The notes beneath the pieces were generated by a model. It was not told the DNA's origin, searched no databases, and saw only the letters and a list, made by a program, of their open reading frames with translations. 32,000 nt of DNA from Pirellula staleyi DSM 6068 (GTDB taxonomy: Bacteria > Planctomycetota > Planctomycetia > Pirellulales > Pirellulaceae), in assembly GCA_000025185.1 (NCBI GenBank), contig CP001848.1, positions 2,190,001-2,222,000 on the forward strand, given 5' to 3'. The translations under genes were made by a program, and so were the position numbers. Below are positions 17,710 to 26,787 of the stretch, piece by piece. Each line of letters begins with the position of its first letter. Position 1 is the first letter of the stretch.

Positions 17710-18045
17710 TTAAGCGGTGGCAGGATCTTCGCCCAGTGCTCGCAGCACTTCGAACGTGAAGATGCCGGTGTCGTGGCCATCGCTGAAAGCGATGCTATAG
17801 GCGTAGTTCCCCACCGGCCGCATGCCCTCGAGCTTCAGCGGCTGCAGTTGCCCTTCGCTCAGCAAAGGGAGTGCGAACGGATCTTTCGGTGGTTTGGGGC
17901 CATGCTTTTCGCGGCAGCTGGCGCAGGGGCACGCATCGCGCAAGGCCTTCACGCGATACAACAGCGTCGGGCCATCACTCCAGGTAATGGCGAGTCGCTT
18001 ATCGTCGGTGATTTGAAGCGCGGTGGGATGCGGCGTCACGGGCAA
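17710..18045 (-). CDS. DUF971 domain protein (gamma-butyrobetaine hydroxylase-like N-terminal domain)
   Basis: ITWSDG....Y....LRDACPCASC is the DUF971 signature (W.DGH..y....LR..CpCa.C), and DGHDTGIFTFEVL lies at the C-terminus. The start is TTG 18045 or GTG 18039, 31 nt downstream of metF on the same strand. Confidence 0.75.
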   Translation of the reverse strand: MPVTPHPTALQITDDKRLAITWSDGPTLLYRVKALRDACPCASCREKHGPKPPKDPFALPLLSEGQLQPLKLEGMRPVGNYAYSIAFSDGHDTGIFTFEVLRALGEDPATA

Positions 18046-18076
18046 CTACTTTCTTCGGTGAATCGTGCGACACGCA

Positions 18077-18955
18077 CTAGCTGGCCGATGTTTCGAGTCG
18101 CGACCAGCCGATTCCACGCAGGACTTCGCTGGTGGCCTGCGACTTATTCAGGACATAGAAGTGAATGCCTGGAACACCGGCGTGGAGTAGCTCTTGGACT
18201 TGCACGGTCGCTTGTTCCACGCCGACCTGAAACTGCCAAGCGGTGTCGTCTTGCTCACCCAGCTTCGCGACGAAAACGCTTGGCAACTTCGCTTTGCAGA
18301 GCGAAGTGATCCGCTGAATCTGCGCCAGATTTGTAACCGGCAAAATGCCCGGGATAATCGGCACGGTGATGCCCAGTGCATCGCAGTCGTCGCGAAACCG
18401 GAAGAAGTCGGCGTTGTCGTAGAACAGCTGCGTGATGATCGCATCACCACCCGCATCGACTTTGCGTTTCAGGTTGGCGAGATCGTCTGCGTAAGAAATG
18501 GCCTCTTGGTGCGTTTCGGGATAGCCTGCGACCGCGATGCCGAGTTCGGGGAAATCGGCCTTGATGAGCGCCACGAGATCCGACGCATAGCGCAGCCCCC
18601 CTTCGCACATCTGGAAGCTTGTCTCTCCCTTGGGTGGATCGCCGCGCAAGGCGACAATGTTCTCGACGCCCCGCGAAATAGCGTCGCGCAGGTAATCACG
18701 CAGCTGATCTTGCGTCGAGCCGACGCACGTCAGATGCGAGGCGACTTTCACCCCAAACTGCTGCTTCACGCTGGCGGTGATTTCGAGCGTCTTATCGCGC
18801 GTGCTACCACCGGCTCCATAGGTGCAGGTGATCACGTCAGGCTGAAACGCCATCAGTTCGCCGATACTTTGGTACATGGCCGTTTCGCCCGCTGTGGTCT
18901 TCGGGGGAAACAGTTCGAACGACAAAGTCCGTTTGCCGGAAGGATAGAACGGCAT
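18077..18955 (-). CDS. metF: 5,10-methylenetetrahydrofolate reductase
   Basis: LSFELFPPKT at the N-terminus, TCTYGAGGSTR, HLTCVG, NIVALRGDPP, GYPETH and ITQLFYD are characteristic MetF motifs. 292 aa. Confidence 0.92.
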   Translation of the reverse strand: MPFYPSGKRTLSFELFPPKTTAGETAMYQSIGELMAFQPDVITCTYGAGGSTRDKTLEITASVKQQFGVKVASHLTCVGSTQDQLRDYLRDAISRGVENIVALRGDPPKGETSFQMCEGGLRYASDLVALIKADFPELGIAVAGYPETHQEAISYADDLANLKRKVDAGGDAIITQLFYDNADFFRFRDDCDALGITVPIIPGILPVTNLAQIQRITSLCKAKLPSVFVAKLGEQDDTAWQFQVGVEQATVQVQELLHAGVPGIHFYVLNKSQATSEVLRGIGWSRLETSAS

Positions 18956-19080
18956 CGAGAAGCAAGCTCGGAAAGGATGGAAGTGTGCCAGGACGCGACC
19001 AATGCCAACCGGCTTTGCTCGCCTCAGATAACTTCTAGTTTAACCACTCTTCGCCGGTAGGTCAGGGGCTGGACGAAAGT

Positions 19081-19111
19081 GGGCAAGTCGCGTGCACTAG
19101 CGAGCTTGCCC
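19081..19111 (-). terminator. possible terminator hairpin downstream of the ABC/DUF4340 operon
   Basis: gggcaagtcgc / gcga(g)cttgccc forms an 11-bp stem with one bulge and an 8-nt loop, about 25 nt after the stop at 19139. On the minus strand only a short U-containing tail (cacuuucg) follows, so the call is weak. Confidence 0.35.
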
Positions 19112-19138
19112 TGACTATCTCCAGCGAGCTCGGGCGAA

Positions 19139-20827
19139 CTAGTTCCCAAATCCTGGCAGTCCTGGAATACCACCGGGGAAGTTGCCCCCGCCAGGTGGAG
19201 CCGCTGGAGCTGGCTCAATGCCGTCCTTCTCCAGCTTGCGGAAGGCGTCGATGCCGAAGCCCTCGTCCTTCGCCGCAGCACCTTCCTTAATGATGTCGGT
19301 TCGACTGAGGTGGATCTTCTTGTACGTATCTTCCGAAATCACGTAGAACCAGTCGGCAAACCGGGCGTTGAGTTCAGCCACGGTCTGTTCGGCCTTTTTG
19401 CGTTTCAGGTTGTACTCGTCGAGCTTACGCTGGAACTCTTTCTCCTCGGGAGAGACCTCGGGAGCAGCTTCCGTAGCAGGCTTTTCAGCTCCTGCAGCTT
19501 CGGTGGCTGGCTTCTCTTCGGCGGCAGGCTTTTCTTCGGCGGCAGGTTTTTCTTCGGAAGCTGGATCAGCACCGCCCCCTCCGCTGGCGCTAGGTGGGAT
19601 CGCGGGAGGTGCCGGAGGAATGGCGGTCGGTCCTGCGGTAGGGGGAACGAGCATCGCTTCCGAGAGCTTGGCGGTCACGAGCAAAAAGCGGTTCAGCTTT
19701 CCTTCTTCGGAGCCCTCTTGAGCACCTTGAACGTTGCCAAACCGGAGCACGTACTGCACCCCATCCTTCATGTCGACAAGCACTTCACCGTTGGTGGCAT
19801 AGATTTCCACTTCGTTGTTGCCCGAAGGAATCGGCACGAAGCCGAGCGTAACGAGAGTTTGAAAGCCTTCGTCATCAAAGTTGTCGGACGAGGCTCGCAG
19901 GTTGGCCCCCAGCCCTTTGGGCTTCTTTTCGACATCTTCGATTTTGAGATCGTCGAGCGCTGTTTTCAGGGTGTCGAGTTTCTCTTTGTTCAGCTCTTCT
20001 GTGTCGGAGAGTCCGGCGTCGAAGGCGGTGTTCCCTTGGAACAACTGCATTTTCGACAACATCCAGCTTCCCTCTTCGGGGAGCCACTTGGCCGTTGCCA
20101 CCATCTTGGGATAGTACTGAACAGCATTCCCCTTCAGGAGCGTCGAGTAGTCCTTCAGCGTCACTTGCTCGACATCGAGCGCGTTCAAGCGGAGCAGGTC
20201 GCGCTCGATCCAGGCATCGAAATTAGTGACCAGTTTTTCGGTGTTCACCGCGACGACATAAACCGGGGCTTGCTCGGGGATGCGGACGAAATATTGGTTG
20301 GGCTCGCCCGCTGCAGAATCGGCCGACAGCTTCTTGCCGATGATCAATCGCAGCACCGGTTCCGACTTCGCCTTACCAGCTTCGGCTTTGGTCTTGTCGA
20401 GCACGACGAGGGTGCCGACCCCTTCGCTTCCGACTTTCAGATCCTTTTCCGATGGTTCGACCACACCGTAGTACGCATGGTCCTTCGTCTCTTGCGAGGC
20501 GATGTCGAGGACTTTGATGTCGATCAAACCACCCGCAGCTTCAGCCAGTTGCTTCTCGGCATCCGCAGGATAGTTACCGTGGGTCGGGATGACCCAGCGA
20601 TCGTTCACTTTCTCTACCTGGATCGTCGTCAGCTTGCTGAGCGCCTCGTCGAACTTCACGATCTTGATGCCGGTCAGTTCGCTCGGATCGGTGAACTCGG
20701 GGAACAGCATGGTCCCGACGAGTGATTCGGTCGATGTAGATTCGACACTCGGTCGCATCAGAAATGCAACGAGGCTAACCACCACGGCAGAACCAACGAA
20801 GGTCAGAGTTTTGGTGAGTTCGTTCAT
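19139..20827 (-). CDS. DUF4340 domain protein (accessory component of GldG-type ABC systems), N-terminally membrane-anchored
   Basis: N-terminal TM helix LTFVGSAVVVSLVAFLM. The repeated beta-rich body has DUF4340-like segments (IQVEKVNDRWVIPTHGNYPADAEKQLAEAAGGLIDIKV). It lies directly downstream of the GldF-GldG fusion gene. The C-terminal low-complexity region includes (EEKPAA)n. GGAGC lies upstream of ATG 20827. Confidence 0.85.
   Translation of the reverse strand: MNELTKTLTFVGSAVVVSLVAFLMRPSVESTSTESLVGTMLFPEFTDPSELTGIKIVKFDEALSKLTTIQVEKVNDRWVIPTHGNYPADAEKQLAEAAGGLIDIKVLDIASQETKDHAYYGVVEPSEKDLKVGSEGVGTLVVLDKTKAEAGKAKSEPVLRLIIGKKLSADSAAGEPNQYFVRIPEQAPVYVVAVNTEKLVTNFDAWIERDLLRLNALDVEQVTLKDYSTLLKGNAVQYYPKMVATAKWLPEEGSWMLSKMQLFQGNTAFDAGLSDTEELNKEKLDTLKTALDDLKIEDVEKKPKGLGANLRASSDNFDDEGFQTLVTLGFVPIPSGNNEVEIYATNGEVLVDMKDGVQYVLRFGNVQGAQEGSEEGKLNRFLLVTAKLSEAMLVPPTAGPTAIPPAPPAIPPSASGGGGADPASEEKPAAEEKPAAEEKPATEAAGAEKPATEAAPEVSPEEKEFQRKLDEYNLKRKKAEQTVAELNARFADWFYVISEDTYKKIHLSRTDIIKEGAAAKDEGFGIDAFRKLEKDGIEPAPAAPPGGGNFPGGIPGLPGFGN
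19511..19564. repeat. 18-bp tandem repeat (3 units) inside the DUF4340 gene
   Basis: cttctcttcggcggcagg / cttttcttcggcggcagg / tttttcttcggaagctgg. On the minus strand this encodes PAAEEK-type repeats (EEKPAAEEKPAAEEKPA). Flanking sequence 19470-19510 is related (AEKPATEAA twice). Confidence 0.8.
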
Positions 20828-20941
20828 CGTATTAGCTCCGCGAAGGGCGGAAGATCATTTCTGCGGTTACAGGTAAATCGGTCGGGAGTGATCGAGCGGC
20901 AAACGGCTTGAATCAAGGGGCGACTTGAAGCGGAGGTACAA

Positions 20942-23869
20942 CTAGTACCGCATCCGGTTCCGCGAGACACCTTCACGTTCACGAATTCGGCGACGAGCCC
21001 ACACCACCAGTGCCACCAGGAGTGGCGGAATGGGTGGGAGCGTGGTGGCCCAAATCTTGTAGTCGTTCTGCATCGACTTCACTTCTTGATCACGCATCCG
21101 CTCGATCTCGCGGAGTTGTCGATCGCGTTCGATCGCCAAACGCTGGTTCTTCACCGCCAGGCGACGCTCGGCCACTTGCTGCTGCAGCGCCAGGCTCTGC
21201 AAGCGAGTGTTGTACTCGGCAGGGTCGACGACTTTTCCTTCTTTGCGATCGTTTTCCAGGTCGGTGATGATCTGCTGCAGCTTGGCGCGAGCCTTGTCGG
21301 ACTCGGCCTTCGCTTCATCTTTCCGTTTGTTGTACTCGTCGTCGTACTTCTTGGCGGCGACCATTTCGTCGTTACGAGCGGCAGCAGTGCGTGTTTCGAT
21401 CGTTCGCAGCGTGCTGTGTCGCGGCTTGCGCGAGCGAATTTGCAGGAAGCGATCGTCCCCCGCAACGGCATCGATGACGTTCAGCACGAACGGCACGTTG
21501 TCGAAGCGGAAGTTGTTTTCCTGGTCGGGCTGATTGCGAAGATTCACAAACTGGCTATCGAGCATGTCGATGTCGCAGACGTAAATCACGTTAATCGGCT
21601 TCGCTTTACCGGTGACACTCTCCGGAGCATCGGGAGACTTTTTGTCCCCTTCTTTTTTGTCGGCCTCTTTATCAGCGGCTTTTTCGTCGTCGGTCTTGGC
21701 CCCGCGAATCCAAGCGGCCAAGACATACTTGCGATTGGTGAAATCGCCGCGTGCTTGACGCATCGAGAGGAGGTCGCGACCTGCTTCGTTGAGCTTCTTG
21801 AAGTCGACGGTTCCGACCTTTTCATTGCCGGTGGCAATCAGTTCAGTGAAGACCAGCTTTGAATTCGCAGCGGGGTTGATGGCCGTTGGGAAAGGGATCA
21901 GCAGTTCTTCGAAGCCAGCCACGACAGCTTCGCTTCGATTAAACGCTTTGCCTGTGGCGCCGGGTGCTTCATCACGCACGAAAACGAGTTCAGGACCAAT
22001 GCCGCTGAGCTGCTGAAAGCGAGGATAAGGGTTGTAATCTTGCCATACGACAAGCCCGGGAACTTCGCGGCCGTTGTCTCCCACCGGTTCGATTCCCAGG
22101 ACATTCCAGAGTCGACGAATGTCACCCTTAGGTGCAGGAGGACCACCCATCCCCATCATCCCTTGCGGCTGTTTTTCCATCGCGGTTCCGACCGCCGATT
22201 GCAGCACCACAGGGGCTGGATCTTCGAAAATGGCGGCTGGTTGACCCGCTTGCACCGCATTCACGACGTTCGCAAGCGCCTCGGGGCCGAGCGTGCTCGG
22301 CTGCACGATCAGCAGCGCGTCGTATTTCGTGGTATCGATCGGGGTCGCTGGATCGACTTCTTCCACTTTATATTGCCGGCGGAGTTCGTCGATGATCATC
22401 TGCTCGGGAATGCGCTGCGGCTGTCCACCAGCGAGCGAGAATCCTTCGAACATCTGAGCGTCGGTTTTCACGACGCCAATTGTTTTACGATCACCTTTGG
22501 CCACGGTGCTGATGGAGCGAATCAGTTCGTATTCGACCGGAACACCTGGGGTGAAGAACGGAATCACAACCTGCTCGAGACCACAGGTGAACGCGACACC
22601 GAGGATGAATTCTTCTTCACTCACTGCGCCCGATGCGCGGCTGATGACCGTTTGACGACGAATGCCATACTCCTCTTCGGCCTTCACTGCTTCGTCGCTG
22701 AAATTCTCGAGATTGTCGTGCAGGCGAACGCGAACGCGGCTGCCAGCTTGTCGCTCCAGTTCTTTCAGCATCGAAACAAGGTTGTACTTCACCTTCACGT
22801 ATTCGTCGGGAACGACAGCCGACATGTACGCGTTGACCACGATCGGCCGATTGTCCCCTTCGCTACCCAGGCTGCGCAGTAGTTTTTTGGTGTCGGACGA
22901 GAGGCTGCTCACCTGACCTTCGGTGAGGTCGAGGCGGATGAAGTCGAACTGATAGAGGATGCTATTCACGCCGACCAGCAGCGCGATGAGGGCCAGCACA
23001 CGTACGATGAAGTGGAGCAGAATGAACTGCTTTCCATCTTTTCCGCCGAACCAGTGTCGCCAGCCGATCAAGACGATGGTGATGTAGAGCCCCACCATCA
23101 CAATCGAGGCAAAAAACATGGTCGACGAGAGGCTTACAACTCCACGACCAAAGTCGTCGAATCGCTGCGAAACGCTCCAGTGAGCAATCGACTGAGCTCG
23201 TGCTGGACTGCCGATGATCACGCTGGCATAAGCGAGTGCCACCAGGATGGAGTTGAAGATCGCTCCGAGAATGAAGCTGACGGTAAGGTTCGACGAGATG
23301 AACGAGGCAATCATGCCGAGTGCCACCATCGCCAACCCCATGACCCAGTAGCCGAAGTAGGTGGTGAAGAAGAGGCCGATATCGACATCGCCCAGTGTGA
23401 GCGAGACCAGCACGGCGAAGTTCGACAGCTGCGAAAACAGGAGCGAAACGGTGAAGATCGCGGCAGCTGAAAGGTACTTGCCGAGCACGATATCGAAATC
23501 GGTAGCGGGGAGCGTGAGGAGCAGCTCATCGGTTCCTTGGCGTCGTTCTTCGGCCCACACGCTCATGGTGATGGCAGGGACAAACAGCAGCATGATGGGG
23601 GGCAATCGCATGCTGAGCTGGTCGAGATTGGCCAGGTTGTTGACGAAAAAAGCGTCGGGCCAATAGGCGGCAATCGACGTCGCCATGACGAAGAAGCAGA
23701 GAAACACGTAGCCCGTCGGCGTACTGAAATAGCTAACGAAGTTTCGCTTCAAAACCGCAAACGCAGCGCGACGATACATGGCCAGTGGCAACAGCAGAGC
23801 TGCCAGCAGGCCGATGAATAGCAGATCGACTGCGAATAGTTTGAGCATTTCCAAAAGTACTGCGCCCAT
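20942..23869 (-). CDS. fused ABC-2 permease (GldF-like) and GldG-like ABC transport auxiliary component
   Basis: The N-terminal roughly 290 aa are polytopic membrane domain with the ABC-2/GldF motif WAEERRQGTDELLLTLP. A GldG-like region follows (RLDLTEGQVSSLSSDTKKLLRSL, later FRFDNVPFVLNVIDAVAGDDRFLQIRSRKP). Then comes a roughly 113-aa charged coiled-coil-like stretch and a C-terminal TM helix (LPPIPPLLVALVVWA). ATG 23869 is preceded by GAGGAAG. Confidence 0.88.
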   Translation of the reverse strand: MGAVLLEMLKLFAVDLLFIGLLAALLLPLAMYRRAAFAVLKRNFVSYFSTPTGYVFLCFFVMATSIAAYWPDAFFVNNLANLDQLSMRLPPIMLLFVPAITMSVWAEERRQGTDELLLTLPATDFDIVLGKYLSAAAIFTVSLLFSQLSNFAVLVSLTLGDVDIGLFFTTYFGYWVMGLAMVALGMIASFISSNLTVSFILGAIFNSILVALAYASVIIGSPARAQSIAHWSVSQRFDDFGRGVVSLSSTMFFASIVMVGLYITIVLIGWRHWFGGKDGKQFILLHFIVRVLALIALLVGVNSILYQFDFIRLDLTEGQVSSLSSDTKKLLRSLGSEGDNRPIVVNAYMSAVVPDEYVKVKYNLVSMLKELERQAGSRVRVRLHDNLENFSDEAVKAEEEYGIRRQTVISRASGAVSEEEFILGVAFTCGLEQVVIPFFTPGVPVEYELIRSISTVAKGDRKTIGVVKTDAQMFEGFSLAGGQPQRIPEQMIIDELRRQYKVEEVDPATPIDTTKYDALLIVQPSTLGPEALANVVNAVQAGQPAAIFEDPAPVVLQSAVGTAMEKQPQGMMGMGGPPAPKGDIRRLWNVLGIEPVGDNGREVPGLVVWQDYNPYPRFQQLSGIGPELVFVRDEAPGATGKAFNRSEAVVAGFEELLIPFPTAINPAANSKLVFTELIATGNEKVGTVDFKKLNEAGRDLLSMRQARGDFTNRKYVLAAWIRGAKTDDEKAADKEADKKEGDKKSPDAPESVTGKAKPINVIYVCDIDMLDSQFVNLRNQPDQENNFRFDNVPFVLNVIDAVAGDDRFLQIRSRKPRHSTLRTIETRTAAARNDEMVAAKKYDDEYNKRKDEAKAESDKARAKLQQIITDLENDRKEGKVVDPAEYNTRLQSLALQQQVAERRLAVKNQRLAIERDRQLREIERMRDQEVKSMQNDYKIWATTLPPIPPLLVALVVWARRRIREREGVSRNRMRY

Positions 23870-23984
23870 CGTGCTTCCTCAGGGAAACGGTGCTCGAGAA
23901 TCTCGTTGAAAAACGTCCAATACATTCGACAAAACGGGGGCTGATCGCATCGAGCCATCAGTCGCCCCTCAACAGTCAGGTGAA

Positions 23985-24872
23985 TCAGCGTGAGCCAGCC
24001 ATTGCCTTGGTGCGCCGCTGGAAGGCGGCATCGAGGCCATCGCCGGTGTCGTCGAGACCTTCGACCGAGCCGTCGTACACCATGCGACCTTCGCTGATCA
24101 TGATCACGCGAGAGCACATCGCCGTGACCTCTTGCAGAATGTGAGTGCTCAGCAGAATGGTTTTCTCTTGTCCGATCGCTTGCAGAGTGCGGCGGACTTC
24201 GGCGATTTGATTCGGGTCGAGACCAGCGGTCGGTTCGTCGAGAATCAAAACGTCGGGCTCGTGCAGGAGGGCTTGAGCCATGCCGACACGCTGCCGAAAA
24301 CCTTTCGACAATTTGCTAATCGGCTTGTGGATCACGCTCGACAGCACGCAAACGTCGATCACGTGGCTCATTCGTTTTTGCTTGTAGTCGCCCATAAGTC
24401 CCCGGGCGTCGGCAAAAAACTCGAGCAGCGAGTGCGGGGTCATGTCGGGATAAAGGGGGCCGTTTTCTGGCAGGTAGCCCAGCTTCATCGAACCGGCAAT
24501 CCGATCCTTCGCCATGTCGTGGCCGCAGATCTTTGCGACACCTTCCGACGGCGAGAGGTAGCCGGTCAGCAGTTTCATTGTGGTACTTTTGCCGGCACCG
24601 TTAGGGCCGAGAAACGCGACCACTTCACCACGGCGAATCTTGAAGTTGATGTCGCGGCAGGCGGTGAAGGCACCATAGAACTTGCTCAGTCCGCTGGCCT
24701 CGATCATCACGCTGCCCGTCGGATCGGCAACTTTCGACTTGCCAGCAGAAGGGGGGCTGAGAGGCTTGAAGCCCGACTGACCTTTGCTATCTGCCGACGA
24801 TGCCGACTTATCAGACTGGCTGTCGCTCGATTTACCACCGTCTGCACTCGGACTGCTCGGGGAGGAAACCAT
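23985..24872 (-). CDS. ABC transporter ATP-binding protein (GldA-like)
   Basis: Walker A GPNGAGKST, Q-loop, signature LSKGFRQRV, Walker B LILDEPTAGLD and H-loop STHIL. ATG 24872 gives a roughly 55-aa Ser-rich N-terminal extension. ATG 24707 (MIEASGLSKFYG) would give a canonical-length ATPase, and I cannot decide between them. The ORF is open to 24986. Confidence 0.88.
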   Translation of the reverse strand: MVSSPSSPSADGGKSSDSQSDKSASSADSKGQSGFKPLSPPSAGKSKVADPTGSVMIEASGLSKFYGAFTACRDINFKIRRGEVVAFLGPNGAGKSTTMKLLTGYLSPSEGVAKICGHDMAKDRIAGSMKLGYLPENGPLYPDMTPHSLLEFFADARGLMGDYKQKRMSHVIDVCVLSSVIHKPISKLSKGFRQRVGMAQALLHEPDVLILDEPTAGLDPNQIAEVRRTLQAIGQEKTILLSTHILQEVTAMCSRVIMISEGRMVYDGSVEGLDDTGDGLDAAFQRRTKAMAGSR

Positions 24873-25275
24873 GAACGTCGAACCTCGCTGAGTTACGATC
24901 TCGAAAATGTGACCAGGGTCGTGTGCTTGAGACGCTCTGGCTGCCTGGAAGTCTGGGCAACCGAGCGACCGGCACGCCGACCGCAACCGACGAACGATGT
25001 CTTGAAGGCCCCCAAAATCGCGGGGCCCGTTGTTATAAACCTTGAAGTCGGAAGAGTATAGCGGCTATAGGCTGTCGCTCAACTGGTGCCAGGCGCTACC
25101 CCCAATCTTCACGGTGAGACCTGCCAAGCCGATTGCAGGTCTGCAGTCAGTCGGGTAGTGACAGGCAGTCGCCAGCACCACTCCGCTGCTCGTTTCCAGT
25201 ACGTCCGACGCTATCAGCTGGTTCGCTGGTGGCGGCTTCCGGCGGAAGATAGGCTGCGATCGGAGCGGATGAGGG

Positions 25276-26787
25276 CTATTCCGCTTCAGCGGGGCCGAGT
25301 TTGGCCACCACTTCTTGCAGCGCACGCATCAGGATCGGGGCGGTTTCGGGGCCGCAAGAGTTGATTTCGCCATATTGCCCGTCGGGCTTTTCGTAGGCAT
25401 AGGGGGCCACCTTATCCCACTGGCGTTTGGGAAGGATGTAGCCCACTTCGTCGTTCGCTAGACCCATGAGCATCCAGGGCTTATCGCCCAGGATCGACTT
25501 TACGGAAGGTTCGAGCGGCGCGTCGGGAAAGTCGACCCCAGCGGCGGCTGGCTCTTCAAATTCTCCATAAACAAGTTCTGGGTAGACCTCCCCCGGCAGA
25601 CAGCCGATGCGTAGATCGCCGAGTTCGAGGCAGGCGACTTCGGTTTCGACAGCGGTCGTTTTGTTGAGGTTTTTATCGAGGTTATCGTTATTCACCAGCT
25701 CGCCGAGTTCGTTTTCGTTCCCCTTCCAAAGGAAGACTTCGCGCTTCAGAACGCCGAGCAAGCGGGCCAGACGGTAGAGCGGGTTTTGCACCGGCACAGC
25801 GACTCGCTTACGCTCGATCTGAAACGGCCGCAACTCGATCGGGGCCGAGCGGTCGATGGCCGACGAGGCAAGCTTGGCCACGGCTTCGCCATATTTTTGG
25901 TTGAACTCGAAGTCCCCTTCCTTAAGTTCAACGCCTGCCTCGCTTTTCACGATGCCGTCGGGGGGAGCCATGAGCCCTCCCAAAGCGCCGGAAGTGTAAA
26001 CGACGGGACAGCCGTATTGCTTCGCGAGGGCGTCGACCGTGGCGGCTGGAAAATCGGCGGTAAGGAGCGTGTTTTTGGGGCCCATCGCCTCGGGATGACA
26101 ATTCCACTGGACGAGAATACCTGCCGGTCGATCGCTCCCAGCGCGATTGAATCGCAGGACTCGCAGGATCCCATCTTTCACTTTCGGCAGTCGACTGTCG
26201 CCGAGCAGCGAGGCATCGTCGCTGGTTCCAAACTGGGCAGTCACCGGGGTGACTCCTGCCAGGGCTTCGCGGCACGCGCCAACCGTTCGCTCGACAATCT
26301 GGTCGATATAGTCATCGTCGACCCCTCGGCTGAAAGGGCCGCGTCCCCAAATGCCAATCACATCGGGGCCTTCGTGATTGTGGGTGCTGGTGACCAGAAC
26401 GTAGGCAAATTCGGGGAGTTCTTCGCGAATACGTTTGACCGTAGGAAACTGCAGGCCAATCAGATCGAGCCCCACGATGGCGATTTTTTGGTCGCCGTGG
26501 GAAAGGACCATAGCCCGGCACATGATGGGGTCGTGCACACCGGTGGCGCGACGCCCCATGCCATAGCCGGCCATCCACACCGGTTTCTTTGTTTCGAGAT
26601 CGGGGGTGATGTCGGCGGTGGCAAATCCGGCGAGCAGCGGCTTCTCGGCGGGATCGCAGGTGGATTCGTCAGCAAAGCTGATCGATACGCCGCTGAGGCA
26701 GGCGAGGAGCAAACACGATCGAAGCCACAAGCCGACCGCGCGACGACGATTGAGGTGACGGAACAACGAGCAGCCTGGCATGCGCAT
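25276..26787 (-). CDS. secreted hydrolase resembling the neutral/alkaline (non-lysosomal) ceramidase family
   Basis: Signal-peptide-like start MRMPGCSLFRHLNRRRAVGLWLRSCLLLACLSGVSISFA (ATG 26787 or 26781). ADITPD...WMAGYG...GVHDPIMCRAMVL..IAIVGLDLIG and TSTHNHEGPD follow the order of ceramidase N-terminal domain motifs (GYA..G.H.RL.ARAfv, GTHTHSGP) as I recall them. The family call is moderate. Confidence 0.75.
   Translation of the reverse strand: MRMPGCSLFRHLNRRRAVGLWLRSCLLLACLSGVSISFADESTCDPAEKPLLAGFATADITPDLETKKPVWMAGYGMGRRATGVHDPIMCRAMVLSHGDQKIAIVGLDLIGLQFPTVKRIREELPEFAYVLVTSTHNHEGPDVIGIWGRGPFSRGVDDDYIDQIVERTVGACREALAGVTPVTAQFGTSDDASLLGDSRLPKVKDGILRVLRFNRAGSDRPAGILVQWNCHPEAMGPKNTLLTADFPAATVDALAKQYGCPVVYTSGALGGLMAPPDGIVKSEAGVELKEGDFEFNQKYGEAVAKLASSAIDRSAPIELRPFQIERKRVAVPVQNPLYRLARLLGVLKREVFLWKGNENELGELVNNDNLDKNLNKTTAVETEVACLELGDLRIGCLPGEVYPELVYGEFEEPAAAGVDFPDAPLEPSVKSILGDKPWMLMGLANDEVGYILPKRQWDKVAPYAYEKPDGQYGEINSCGPETAPILMRALQEVVAKLGPAEAE

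Noticed and set aside
18956-19080. Possible riboswitch or sigma-54 element (TGGCACacttcCATCC on the minus strand) upstream of metF
   Set aside because: The -12 box lacks the conserved GC at the right position, and I could not fold or match any SAM/THF/cobalamin riboswitch core by eye.
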